Part shown: positions 50,212 to 59,647 of the stretch, one piece after another
How the letters are laid out: the number at the start of each line of letters is the position of its first letter
How positions within the stretch are numbered: the stretch's first letter is position 1
Made by a program: the position numbers and the translations under genes
Source: Clostridia bacterium
GTDB lineage: Bacteria > Bacillota > Clostridia > Oscillospirales > CAG-272
NCBI GenBank assembly: GCA_017463065.1
Contig: JAFTPX010000002.1
Span: forward strand, 1-59,647
DNA: 59,647 nt
Direction: 5' to 3'
The notes under the pieces: generated by a model
Databases searched by the model: none
Seen by the model: the letters and a program-made list of their open reading frames with translations, nothing else
Told to the model about the DNA's origin: nothing

Positions 50212-51069
50212 ATGTATAAGATTTTAAAAAAAGAAGAATTAAACCCAACGGTTACCCTCATGGAAATCGAGGCACCCTTTGTAGCGGCAAAAGCAGAGCC
50301 GGGACAGTTCATTATTCTTCGTGTGGACGAGGAGGGGGAACGAATTCCTCTGACCATTGCGGGGTATGACAGAGTCAAAGGAACCATTACAATCATCTTT
50401 CAGGTCGTGGGGGCAACTACGGCGAAACTGAATCAAAAAGCGGAAGGAGAAGCAATCTCCGATTTTGTCGGACCGCTGGGCAAGAAAACGAAGGTGGAGA
50501 ATCTTCACAAGGTTTGCATTGTGGGCGGCGGCGTAGGATGCGCTATCGCGCTTCCCATTGCTAAGAAATTGCATGAGCTTGGCTGTGAGGTCACCTCGGT
50601 AATCGGTTTCCGCTCCAAGGATCTTCTGATTCTTGAGGAGGAATTTCAAGCGGCATCGGCTCGCCTGATCGTTATGACCGACGATGGGTCTTACGGAAAG
50701 CAAGGGAACGTTTGTATGCCGTTGCGGGAGCTGTTTGCTGCAGGAGAGACCTTCGACGAGGTTATTACCATCGGGCCTCTGATTATGATGAAATTTGTGG
50801 TGGAGACGGTACGTCCTACTGGAATTCCTTGTACCGTTTCTATGAATCCCATTATGATTGACGGAACGGGAATGTGCGGCGGATGCCGTCTGACCTTGTG
50901 CCGCGACGGAAAGCGCGTGACAGAATTTGCTTGCGTGGACGGTCCCGATTTTAACGGATATGAAGTGGATTTTGACGAGGCAATGTCTCGGGGAAGTATA
51001 TATCGTGAGTTTGAGCGACATGCTTACGAGGAAGCTTGTAATCTCTTTGCGGAGAAGGAGGAGAAATGA
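50212..51069 (+). CDS. nfnA: NfnA/SudB-like FAD/[2Fe-2S] subunit
   Basis: PGQFIILR..GERIPLT, GGGVG, DGTGMCGGCR...ACVDGP. Confidence 0.85.
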   Translation: MYKILKKEELNPTVTLMEIEAPFVAAKAEPGQFIILRVDEEGERIPLTIAGYDRVKGTITIIFQVVGATTAKLNQKAEGEAISDFVGPLGKKTKVENLHKVCIVGGGVGCAIALPIAKKLHELGCEVTSVIGFRSKDLLILEEEFQAASARLIVMTDDGSYGKQGNVCMPLRELFAAGETFDEVITIGPLIMMKFVVETVRPTGIPCTVSMNPIMIDGTGMCGGCRLTLCRDGKRVTEFACVDGPDFNGYEVDFDEAMSRGSIYREFERHAYEEACNLFAEKEEK

Positions 51070-52490
51070 CAATGCCAAACATGAGCATGAAAAAGAACCC
51101 AATGCCTTCTCAGGAGCCCTTTGTCCGTGCCCGTAATTTTGACGAGGTTGCCACGGGATATGACGAGGCGACTGCCATCGACGAGGCGCTTCGTTGCTTA
51201 AATTGTAAGAATATGCCGTGCGTGGCGGGCTGTCCCGTTAACGTACATATCCCCGAATTTATCGCGAAGATTAAGGAAGTGGACTTTGAGGGTGCGTATC
51301 AGATCATCAGTCAAAGCTCCAGCTTGCCTGCCGTTTGCGGACGAGTATGTCCTCAGGAGACCCAGTGCGAGAGCCGATGTGTCAGAGGAATCAAGGGAGA
51401 GTCGGTTGGAATCGGACGTCTGGAACGATTCGTAGCGGACTGGCATAACGCCCATTCTACCGAATTGCCCGTTACAGAGCCATCGAACGGTCATAAGGTT
51501 GCCGTAGTGGGTGCGGGCCCTTCTGGCTTGACTTGTGCTGGGGATCTTGCCAAAAAGGGCTATCAGGTTACCGTTTTTGAGGCACTTCACGCTGCGGGCG
51601 GTGTGCTGGTTTACGGAATCCCAGAGTTTCGTCTCCCCAAGTCTATCGTTCAAAAAGAGGTGGATCATCTGATTGCCATGGGTGTGGAAATCAAAACCAA
51701 CATGGTAATCGGTAAGACCTTGACGGTGGACGAGCTGTTTGAGAAGGGGTACGAGGCGGTATTTATCGGATCGGGAGCGGGACTGCCCAACTTTATGGGA
51801 ATCCCGGGAGAATCCTATAAGGGTGTTTATTCGGCAAATGAATTTTTGACTCGCTCTAATTTGATGAAGGCATACCGTGAGAATCCCATAACGCCAATCA
51901 TGAAGGGCGGAAAGGTTGCCGTCGTGGGTGGCGGAAACGTTGCCATGGATGCGGCAAGAACCGCACTTCGCTTGGGTGCGGAAAAGGTATATATCGTATA
52001 CCGTCGTTCCATGGAGGAATTGCCTGCCCGTCGAGAAGAGGTGGAGCATGCGATCGAAGAAGGAATTGATTTCAAGCTTTTGACCAATCCCGTTGAAATC
52101 TTCGGTTATGAGAATCCAGATGATAAGAGAGATCCGAAAAACGGCTTCGTTACGGGAATTCAATGTATTCAAATGGAACTTGGCGAGCCTGATGAGCGCG
52201 GTCGCCGCCGTCCCGTTCCCGTAGAGGGAAGTGAATTCCTTTTAGAGGTGGATACGGTCATTATGTCGATCGGAACCTCTCCCAATCCTTTGATCAAAAT
52301 GACGACGGATGGACTGGAGGTCAACCGCCGCGGTGGAATCATTGTAGAGGAATTCACAGGCGCAACTACCCGAGAGGGCGTGTTTGCGGGCGGAGATGCG
52401 GTAACAGGTGCCGCTACCGTGATTTCGGCAATGGGAGCGGGCAAGATTGCAGCCAAAGCCATTGACGAGTATATTTCAGCAAAGAAATAA
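51066..52490 (+). CDS. nfnB: NfnB/SudA-like subunit (often annotated as NADPH glutamate synthase small chain)
   Basis: RCLNC...C..GCP, CGRVCPQE.QC, GAGPSG, GGGNVAMD, AGGD. Confidence 0.85.
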   Translation: MTMPNMSMKKNPMPSQEPFVRARNFDEVATGYDEATAIDEALRCLNCKNMPCVAGCPVNVHIPEFIAKIKEVDFEGAYQIISQSSSLPAVCGRVCPQETQCESRCVRGIKGESVGIGRLERFVADWHNAHSTELPVTEPSNGHKVAVVGAGPSGLTCAGDLAKKGYQVTVFEALHAAGGVLVYGIPEFRLPKSIVQKEVDHLIAMGVEIKTNMVIGKTLTVDELFEKGYEAVFIGSGAGLPNFMGIPGESYKGVYSANEFLTRSNLMKAYRENPITPIMKGGKVAVVGGGNVAMDAARTALRLGAEKVYIVYRRSMEELPARREEVEHAIEEGIDFKLLTNPVEIFGYENPDDKRDPKNGFVTGIQCIQMELGEPDERGRRRPVPVEGSEFLLEVDTVIMSIGTSPNPLIKMTTDGLEVNRRGGIIVEEFTGATTREGVFAGGDAVTGAATVISAMGAGKIAAKAIDEYISAKK

Positions 52491-52492
52491 TA

Positions 52493-52530
52493 AAAAACTC
52501 CTTTCTGACCGATGGTCGGAAAGGAGTTTT
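52493..52530. terminator. Bidirectional terminator
   Basis: aaaactcctttctgacc...ggtcggaaaggagtttt. Confidence 0.75.
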
Positions 52531-52534
52531 GTTG

Positions 52535-54019
52535 TTATTTGTGATAAAATTTCTTGGATTCGTAGACAGGCTCGTAAGTCAGATCAATGCCGAGCTTGCG
52601 GTAAATGGTCTTGTCCACGTTGGAGACACTGACGCTCACGTGAGCCTGACAGCCCTTCAGCTTGTGAAGCTGCTCCATTGCCAAAGCTGCCATGGGATTG
52701 GTGGTTGCCGAGATTGCCAGTGCGATTAAAATCTCATCGGCGTGCAGACGGGGGTTTTGATTGCCGAGATTTTCAATCTTTAATTTCTGCAAGGGCTCAA
52801 TGACCACGGGCGGAAGCAACAAAAATTCGGGGTTGATGCCGCCCAAATGCTTCAGCGCATTCATCAATACGGCGGCTGAGGGACCCATTAGGTTGGAGGT
52901 CTTTCCCGTTACAACGGTTCCGTCTGGTAACTCAATGGCTGCCGCGGCTTCTCCTGTTTCCTCTGCCTTTGCCAACGCGTATTTGACTACTTGACGGAAA
53001 TTGACGTCTACGCCGACTTGGTTCATGATCAGCTCTGCCTGATAGACCTCATTGGCATCCGCCAGACCGTTTCGCTTGCGGTTCAGGGTATCGTAATACC
53101 GTCTGACGATCTCCATTTTGGAGGCTTTAAAGACCACGTCGTTGTCGGTGATGCAGTATCCCGCCATATTGACACCCATATCCGTGGGGGATTTATAGGG
53201 GCATTCTCCGTAGATCTTCTCAAAGATCGCTTTCAAAACGGGGAAAATTTCAATGTCACGGTTATAATTGACGGTGGTAATACCCGTAGCTTCCAGATGG
53301 AAGGGGTCGATCATGTTAACGTCGTTCAGATCTACGGTCGCCGCCTCATACGCCATATTGACAGGGTGTTTCAGGGGAAGATTCCAAACGGGGAAGGTTT
53401 CAAATTTTGCGTACCCCGCTTTGATGCCCCTCAGATGATCGTGATATAGCTGAGAGAGACATACCGCCATCTTACCGCTACCGGGACCGGGGGCGGTGAC
53501 CACCACCAAGGATTTGGTTGTCTCAATATAATCGTTTTTTCCGTAGCCGTCCTCGCTGACGATTTTGCGTACGTTGGTGGGATAGCCTGCGATGTGATAG
53601 TGCCTGTAAACCTTGATGCCCAGATTTTCCAGACGCTTGATAAAGGTATCAACCGCAGATTGGTGCATATACTGAGTAATGACAACGCCCCCCACGTCAA
53701 TGCCGATCTCCCCAAAGGTATCGATCAGACGAAGGGCATCCATATCATAGGTGATACCCAGATCACCGCGCATCTTGTTTTGCTCAATGGCGGTGGCGGA
53801 TACGACGATGATGACTTCGGCATCTTCCTTCATGCTCAGTAACATTCGAATCTTACTGTCAGGCTGAAATCCGGGGAGAACACGGGAGGCGTGATAGTCG
53901 TCAAACAGCTTGCCGCCGAACTCCAAATACAGCTTGCCGCCAAAGCTGGAGATTCTTTCTTGAATTTTTTGAGATTGCAACTGAATATATTTGTTATTGT
54001 CAAAACCGATTTTATTCAT
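52535..54019 (-). CDS. DUF1846 (UPF0371) family protein
   Basis: KLYLEFGGKLFDDYHASRVLPGF, TAPGPGSGK, AKFETFPVWN, SPTDMGVN. Confidence 0.9.
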   Translation of the reverse strand: MNKIGFDNNKYIQLQSQKIQERISSFGGKLYLEFGGKLFDDYHASRVLPGFQPDSKIRMLLSMKEDAEVIIVVSATAIEQNKMRGDLGITYDMDALRLIDTFGEIGIDVGGVVITQYMHQSAVDTFIKRLENLGIKVYRHYHIAGYPTNVRKIVSEDGYGKNDYIETTKSLVVVTAPGPGSGKMAVCLSQLYHDHLRGIKAGYAKFETFPVWNLPLKHPVNMAYEAATVDLNDVNMIDPFHLEATGITTVNYNRDIEIFPVLKAIFEKIYGECPYKSPTDMGVNMAGYCITDNDVVFKASKMEIVRRYYDTLNRKRNGLADANEVYQAELIMNQVGVDVNFRQVVKYALAKAEETGEAAAAIELPDGTVVTGKTSNLMGPSAAVLMNALKHLGGINPEFLLLPPVVIEPLQKLKIENLGNQNPRLHADEILIALAISATTNPMAALAMEQLHKLKGCQAHVSVSVSNVDKTIYRKLGIDLTYEPVYESKKFYHK

Positions 54020-54223
54020 ACTATCCTCACTAAAAACAATATCACTGTATATATTATATATTTTAATACATTTTTGCGTTTTTTTCAAGTGGTTAAGCAA
54101 AATATATTTTTATTTTTTGAATTTGAGCTTCTATCATTTATTGTCAAAAAATGTTTTTCCACATATACTGATAGAGAAAGGAAGCAATTGCTTCTATCAC
54201 AATTTTAGGAGGAAAATGATCCT

Positions 54224-55072
54224 ATGTCAGATAACAGATTTTCTTGTGTCAATTCTGATAAAAATTCGGCAAGATCGGAAATGGTTTGCATTGAGACCAA
54301 CCGCATTCTGGACTCCTGCCGAGACAGAGATTGCTTTGAGGATGTAAAGGTATTGCTGACCGATTTCGGGAACGATATTCTGGAGCATACCACAAATATC
54401 CGCGCCAAAAGCGCTTGTATTTCTTGGACATACATTGGTATTGATCCGGTAAGATTTAACAGAGGATTTTATTCTGTTACCATCAAGTTCTATGTGAAGA
54501 TCGTATTTGAGGCTTGCCTGTGCGGCGGTCGGAGTCAGGAATTTGAAGGCGTAGCCGTGCTGGAAAAGAAGGTTATTCTGTACGGAAGCGAAAGCAACGT
54601 CAGCATCTTCAAGAGCAGTCCCGACACCTCGGATTATTGCGCGGTTCCCGAGCCCTGCTGCTCCACCAAAAACGTTCCCATCGCCATCGTGGAGGTGGTG
54701 GATCCCATTATTCTCAACGCCAAGGTGCATGAGGCAGAGGATCCCTGCTGCTGCTGTTGTTGTTGTTGTTCGGGGGATATTCCCGACGGTGTTTCTTCAC
54801 GCTTGAACGGTATCCTGAACGATAGCGACGGACGATATCTGACCGTCTCTCTCGGCTTGTTCTCGGTGGTCAGAATCGTGCGTCCCGCACAGTATCTGAT
54901 CCAAGCTACCGAGTATTGCGTGCCCGATAAGGAATGTGTGTCCACAGAGGATGACAATCCTTGCACCGTGTTCCGTAGCATGGCATTTCCCACGTCGGAA
55001 TTTTGCCCGCCCAGTTATACTTCTCCCAGAGGAGATCATAATAACGGCGGCAAATGCGGTTGCGGCAGTTGA
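54224..55072 (+). CDS. Cys-rich hypothetical protein, probably spore-associated
   Basis: VCIETNRILDSCRDRDC, an 8-Cys run, CATATACT sporulation-type -10 upstream. Confidence 0.65.
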   Translation: MSDNRFSCVNSDKNSARSEMVCIETNRILDSCRDRDCFEDVKVLLTDFGNDILEHTTNIRAKSACISWTYIGIDPVRFNRGFYSVTIKFYVKIVFEACLCGGRSQEFEGVAVLEKKVILYGSESNVSIFKSSPDTSDYCAVPEPCCSTKNVPIAIVEVVDPIILNAKVHEAEDPCCCCCCCCSGDIPDGVSSRLNGILNDSDGRYLTVSLGLFSVVRIVRPAQYLIQATEYCVPDKECVSTEDDNPCTVFRSMAFPTSEFCPPSYTSPRGDHNNGGKCGCGS

Positions 55073-55087
55073 TCGATCAAATAACAA

Positions 55088-55115
55088 AAAGGGTGTTGCT
55101 TAAGCAACACCCTTT
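55088..55115. terminator. Bidirectional terminator
   Basis: aaagggtgttgcttaagcaacaccctttag. Confidence 0.75.
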
Positions 55116-55123
55116 AGCTTTGT

Positions 55124-55918
55124 TCAAAACACTTCCAGCGATTTGTTGAGAAAGGCTTGGGTCAGCTTCGATTTCGGATTTTCGAAAATATCAGTGGGAG
55201 TGCCTTGCTCCTCAATAACACCGTTTGCCATAAAAATGACCTCGTCCGATACGTTTTTCGCGAATTCCATCTCGTGAGTGACCACGATCATAGTACAATC
55301 GGAGGACTTCAGATCACGGATGACGCGCAGAACCTCTCCCGTCAATTCGGGGTCAAGCGCACTGGTTGGCTCGTCAAAGCAGAGCACGTCTGGGGAGAGC
55401 GCCAAAGCGCGGGCGATCGCCACACGCTGTTGCTGACCGCCCGAAAGCTCGCAAGGATAGGAAAGTGCCTTTGCGGTCAGATCGACCTTTTCCAGCAATG
55501 CCTTCGCCTTTTCGTTGATTGCTTGGGTCTGGTTGGCAAGCTCCTCTTTAGATAATTTTTTTTCCTTCAAACGTAATTTCGGTGCCAGCGTGATGTTCTC
55601 CAATACGTTGTATTGGGGAAAGAGATTGAAGGATTGAAACACCAGTCCGAAATGCAGGCGGTGCTGACGGATTTCAGCCTCTTTTACCGTTTTTTCTTTC
55701 CACGCCTGCGCATCAAAGATGGTTTCTCCGTTGATACGCATGGTTCCCGTGTCGGGCGTTTCCAAAAAATTCAGACAACGGAGCAGGGTGGTTTTTCCGC
55801 TTCCCGAGGAACCGATAATGGAAAGAACCTTTCCTTTTTCCAAGGAAAAATCAATGCCCTTCAAAACCTCGTTTTTTCCAAAGCTTTTCGTAATATTATG
55901 TACTTCAAAAAACTTCAT
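55124..55918 (-). CDS. Polar amino-acid ABC transporter ATP-binding protein
   Basis: [35 protein letters not shown]. Confidence 0.93.
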   Translation of the reverse strand: MKFFEVHNITKSFGKNEVLKGIDFSLEKGKVLSIIGSSGSGKTTLLRCLNFLETPDTGTMRINGETIFDAQAWKEKTVKEAEIRQHRLHFGLVFQSFNLFPQYNVLENITLAPKLRLKEKKLSKEELANQTQAINEKAKALLEKVDLTAKALSYPCELSGGQQQRVAIARALALSPDVLCFDEPTSALDPELTGEVLRVIRDLKSSDCTMIVVTHEMEFAKNVSDEVIFMANGVIEEQGTPTDIFENPKSKLTQAFLNKSLEVF

Positions 55919-55920
55919 GT

Positions 55921-56610
55921 TTACACCTTAAAATAACTGAGTTTTTTCTCGAATTTTCCGAGCAGAACGGTCAAAAGACCGTTGATCAGAAGATAGAACA
56001 CGCCTGCGTAGAAAATGGGCCATAGGATTGCCTTGGTATTGACAATACCTTGGGCGACGGTAAACAGATCCAGACGGATGACGACGCTTGCCAAAGCCGT
56101 ATCCTTGACCAAAGTAATGATTTCATTGGACATGGGGGCGATGATTCGCTTCACAACCTGCAGAAAGATGACCTTAAAAAAGGTTTGGGATTTGGTCATG
56201 CCGAGCACGCTTGCGGCTTCGTACTGACCGACGGGAATACTCTGAATTCCTCCGCGATAGATCTCTGAGAAATAGCAAGCGTAGTTAATGGTAAAAGCAA
56301 CACAAACCATGAGTAAGTGCTGCCATACCTCCCGCACGACGAAGGGAAGATCGATTCCAAAGCTTTTTGACAGGGAAGCGGCAACAAGACCCGGTCCCAA
56401 GTCGAAAAAGATGATCTGCAACATCAGAGGCGTACCTCTGATAATCCACACGAACGCTCGTGTGATCATACTGATCGGCTTGATTTTGGACTTGGAGCCA
56501 AAGGCGATCAGAAGACCGAGCGGAAGTGCGGTTATCAGAGTTACGCCAAAGATTAAACAAGTATATAACAGACCTTCCAGCAGTTCAAGAGTAACGTTAA
56601 GAAAAAGCAT
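55921..56610 (-). CDS. Polar amino-acid ABC transporter permease
   Basis: [17 protein letters not shown]...GQYEAA, LVKDTAL. Confidence 0.93.
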   Translation of the reverse strand: MLFLNVTLELLEGLLYTCLIFGVTLITALPLGLLIAFGSKSKIKPISMITRAFVWIIRGTPLMLQIIFFDLGPGLVAASLSKSFGIDLPFVVREVWQHLLMVCVAFTINYACYFSEIYRGGIQSIPVGQYEAASVLGMTKSQTFFKVIFLQVVKRIIAPMSNEIITLVKDTALASVVIRLDLFTVAQGIVNTKAILWPIFYAGVFYLLINGLLTVLLGKFEKKLSYFKV

Positions 56611-56635
56611 GTTGATCCGTTTCTTTCAGATGCTC

Positions 56636-57481
56636 TTATTTTTCGTTAGCAATAACGACACAGGACTCACCTGCAGAACCTGCCTCAGCACCCACGATGG
56701 CATCGGACATGCTATCCGTGGTGGTGTATTTGTCCTTGTTTTCTATGCGGATGACCGCAACCTGCTTGTTGTTCAGGTAGGGAATGGAGATTTCCATATT
56801 GGCAAGTCTTTCCTCGGTAATGGTCATACCGTTCCAGATGCAGTCAATGCTCTTACTGTTCAGCAAAGCTTCCTTTGCGTCCCATTCGATCTCTTGGAAC
56901 TCAACGTTCAGATCGAGCTTTTGGGCAACAGCCTTTGCCAGTTCAATGTCAAAGCCGATCAGGACACCGTTATCATCCTTGTATGCGATAGGAGCGAACA
57001 GGGTGTAACCAACGATAAACTTATCCTGTGCAACGATGTAGTTCCAGTCTGCCTGTTCTGCCTCGGTGAGGGGAGCGATGGTTGCGTTTTTATCGATGCA
57101 AAGCTCGGATGCAATGCCGTACTTCGTTGCCAGCTCCTCAACAGTTCCTGCCTTTGCAAGGTCGATCAGCGCTTCGTTGATCTTCTTCGCCAGACCGCTG
57201 CCCTTTCTTGCCGCGATACCGTATTGCTCTGTGGAGAGATCGAGGTTTTCAACAATCATCAAGGAGCCCGAGTAATCGGTATCCTGACTCATATAGTAGC
57301 CGGCCATGATGCTGTCCATTACGCCAACGTCAATGGACTTGGACTTCAGCTGAAGCAGAACGTCCATCTGACCGGACAGAGCACGGTATTCTTTACCGAA
57401 CTGCAGTTCTTCCTTACCACAGGAAGCCAGAGCGAACAGACACATGATCAGCGCCAGTGTCAAACAAAGAATTTTTTTCAT
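56636..57481 (-). CDS. Amino-acid binding lipoprotein (SBP family 3), circularly permuted
   Basis: Lipobox LASC21. The canonical C-terminal motifs precede the canonical N-terminal motifs. Confidence 0.85.
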   Translation of the reverse strand: MKKILCLTLALIMCLFALASCGKEELQFGKEYRALSGQMDVLLQLKSKSIDVGVMDSIMAGYYMSQDTDYSGSLMIVENLDLSTEQYGIAARKGSGLAKKINEALIDLAKAGTVEELATKYGIASELCIDKNATIAPLTEAEQADWNYIVAQDKFIVGYTLFAPIAYKDDNGVLIGFDIELAKAVAQKLDLNVEFQEIEWDAKEALLNSKSIDCIWNGMTITEERLANMEISIPYLNNKQVAVIRIENKDKYTTTDSMSDAIVGAEAGSAGESCVVIANEK

Positions 57482-57562
57482 GATAATACCTCCCGCCGCA
57501 TTGCGGCATTGTTAGATTGATGCAAAGTGTATTTTAGCACTTTACTTTATTAAAGCATTAAT

Positions 57563-57591
57563 ATATTACCATAGTTTTTTCAAATTGTCAA
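57563..57591 (-). promoter_or_regulatory. Sigma-A promoter for the amino-acid ABC operon
   Basis: TTGACA-17-TAATAT with an extended TG on the minus strand. Confidence 0.6.
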
Positions 57592-57753
57592 TACTTTTTT
57601 TAAAATTTTCAATATAAATACAAAAACACAAAAGATTAAGATCAATTGTCGAACAAAATAGACGGATTTTTTTTAAAAAATGCGATTTATGTATTGATTT
57701 TTACCTAAAAATCATGTATAATGTAAATACCAAATAAATTGTGAGGTGCGGAA

Positions 57754-59433
57754 ATGAATTATCAGATCAAATATCAACAGTGGTGTGAAAACGCAAATAC
57801 CGATGCGGCAACCAAGGCAGAGCTGCAAAGCATTGCGGAGAACGATCAGGAGATCAAGGAACGGTTTTTCTGTGATCTGGCATTTGGCACGGGCGGTCTG
57901 CGCGGTGTGATCGGTGCGGGAACCAATCGAATCAATAAGTATATGATTCGTAAAACAACCAAGGGTTACGCCGAGTACATAAAGAAAGCGGGAGCGGATG
58001 CCTGTGCGAGAGGCGTTGTGATTGCTCACGACAACCGTCGCTTCAGTGTGGAATTTGCAGAGGAAACGGCGGGAGTTTTGGCTGCCAACGGAATCAAGGC
58101 GTATTTGTTTGATTCTTTGCGTCCCACGCCCGAGCTGTCCTTTGCCGTACGGGAATTGAACGCGTTTGGCGGAGTGGTGATTACCGCCTCCCATAATCCT
58201 CCCGAATATAACGGCTATAAGCTGTATGACGAAAGAGGCTGTCAGCTGGTTCCAGACGTAAATGATAAGGTAGTAGAGGAAATTTCCAAGATCGAGGATC
58301 CGTTGTCCGTGAAGTCCTTGACAAAGGCGGAGGCGGGAGATTTGATCGTACTCTTGGATTCCTCCGTTGACGAGACCTATTATAAAACCGTTATGGGTGT
58401 GGCACTTCAGCCCGATATCGACAAGAGTAAAATTAAGATTGTATATTCTCCTCAGCACGGCACGGGTAACGTTCCCGTCAGAACCGTTTTGGATCGACTG
58501 GGCTATCAGGTCATTCCTGTAGAGGAGCAATGTGTTCCTGATACCGAATTCAGTAAGACATTGAATCCCAACCCCGAAACGGCGGAAGCTTATGTGCTTG
58601 CCTTGGAGTACGCGAAGCGTACCAATGCGGATATTGTAATTACCACCGACCCCGATTGTGACCGCTTGGGCGTTGCCGTGAAGCACAAGGGTGATTACGT
58701 TAGAATGACGGGCAACCAGTCTGCGGCTGTTTTGCTGGAATACATCCTTGCTCAGCGTAAGGTACAGGGAACTCTGCCCGCTAACGGTGTCATGTTCAAC
58801 ACCATCGTGACCTCCGATCTGGGCGACAGAATTTGCGAGGATTACGGTGTCAGCGTGGAAAAGACCTTGACGGGCTTTAAGTTTATCGGTGACAAGATCT
58901 ATCAGCATGAGCTGGCAGGAGATAAGACCTTCGTATTCGGTTACGAGGAAAGCTACGGTTGCCTGATCAACGACTGTGTTCGCGATAAGGATGCGGTGCA
59001 GGCGGCAATGATGCTTTGTGAGTCCGCCGCTTATTACAACTCCAAGGGCATGACCCTGATCGATGCGTTGGAAAATCTGTACGCAAAATATGGATTTTTC
59101 CTGGATGCATTGGACAACTTCACCTTCAAGGGACTGGATGGTGCCCAGAAGATCACCTCTTTGGTGAACGGATTGAGAAACGATCCCCCCAAGAAGGTTG
59201 GCGACATCGAGGTGCTTGAGATGGAGGACTATGCGTCTCAAAAAATGATGGATGCGGGCTTCCCGAACTCTGACGTGCTTCGCTTTATTATGAAGGACGG
59301 TAGTTGGGTGGCGGTTCGTCCCAGCGGTACCGAGCCTAAGTGTAAGTTCTATTTCTGCATCGTAGCGCCCACTCGCGCCGAGGCGGATGAAAAACTGCAA
59401 AATATGAGAGCGGTATTTGAGAAAAACTGCTGA
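57754..59433 (+). CDS. pgm: Phosphoglucomutase/phosphomannomutase
   Basis: FGTGGLRG, TASHNP, DPDCDR, GYEES, RPSGTEPK. Confidence 0.93.
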   Translation: MNYQIKYQQWCENANTDAATKAELQSIAENDQEIKERFFCDLAFGTGGLRGVIGAGTNRINKYMIRKTTKGYAEYIKKAGADACARGVVIAHDNRRFSVEFAEETAGVLAANGIKAYLFDSLRPTPELSFAVRELNAFGGVVITASHNPPEYNGYKLYDERGCQLVPDVNDKVVEEISKIEDPLSVKSLTKAEAGDLIVLLDSSVDETYYKTVMGVALQPDIDKSKIKIVYSPQHGTGNVPVRTVLDRLGYQVIPVEEQCVPDTEFSKTLNPNPETAEAYVLALEYAKRTNADIVITTDPDCDRLGVAVKHKGDYVRMTGNQSAAVLLEYILAQRKVQGTLPANGVMFNTIVTSDLGDRICEDYGVSVEKTLTGFKFIGDKIYQHELAGDKTFVFGYEESYGCLINDCVRDKDAVQAAMMLCESAAYYNSKGMTLIDALENLYAKYGFFLDALDNFTFKGLDGAQKITSLVNGLRNDPPKKVGDIEVLEMEDYASQKMMDAGFPNSDVLRFIMKDGSWVAVRPSGTEPKCKFYFCIVAPTRAEADEKLQNMRAVFEKNC

Positions 59434-59449
59434 AAAGCTGAATAACTCT

Positions 59450-59488
59450 GTGGGTATTTGCCTTGTTTGGCAAATACCCACTTCTTTT
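59450..59488 (+). terminator. Intrinsic terminator after pgm
   Basis: gtgggtatttgcc...ggcaaatacccac followed by ttctttt. Confidence 0.8.
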
Positions 59489-59606
59489 GTATATAAGAAC
59501 CATCGACTGTGCCGATGTGGATAAAAAGCATTAGCTATGCTCGGTTCATTTATCCGAGCGAAGCGAGGAATCAAGTTGTTTTCGAACGTAGGTCGGGACT
59601 TAAAAA

Positions 59607-59647
59607 GAGGCTCCCTCTCGGAGGGAGCTGTCGAGCGTATGCGAGAC
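59607..59647. repeat. REP-like palindromic repeat, truncated at the window end
   Basis: gctccctc-tcg-gagggagc hairpin followed by tgtcgagcgtatgcgagac. Confidence 0.45.

Noticed and set aside
59583-59596. LexA (GAAC-N4-GTTC) box
   Set aside because: GAAC-GTAG-GTCG is a mismatched half-site with no downstream gene visible. CGAACGGTTCG near 5018 has the wrong spacing.
1-59647. CRISPR array, rRNA or known anti-phage defence genes
   Set aside because: No regularly spaced direct repeats, rRNA-like sequence or recognisable defence domains were seen.

Overview
A 59.6-kb chromosomal segment, mostly core genome, from a spore-forming Clostridia-class Firmicute (inferred from gene content, sigma-A-type promoters and the sporulation genes bofC, spoIVFB-like and ylmC). 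Housekeeping content includes mgtE, ylxM-ffh-rpsP-khpA, two tRNA-Leu genes, dnaE, a class A PBP, potAB(CD), a split transketolase, trpS, serC-serA, ruvA/ruvB/ruvC, ecfA1A2T-truA, a Clp ATPase, rpsB-tsf, an NfnAB-like pair, a polar amino-acid ABC transporter and pgm. I saw no CRISPR array, rRNA, integrase or intact transposase. The most striking locus is a ~2.6-kb islet between serA and ruvB. It holds a MITE-like inverted repeat, an ImmA/IrrE protease plus XRE repressor switch with three visible operator repeats, a DUF6514-like gene, and a 247-aa ORF that looks like a stand-alone copy of the RNA polymerase beta' clamp, including the sigma/NusG-binding coiled coil, behind its own consensus promoter. 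Other notable items are a circularly permuted amino-acid binding lipoprotein, a full-length P-type ATPase homolog lacking all catalytic motifs, and a ThyX-like protein without the RHRx7S motif. All homology calls come from motif recognition by eye and from memory, with no database searches.
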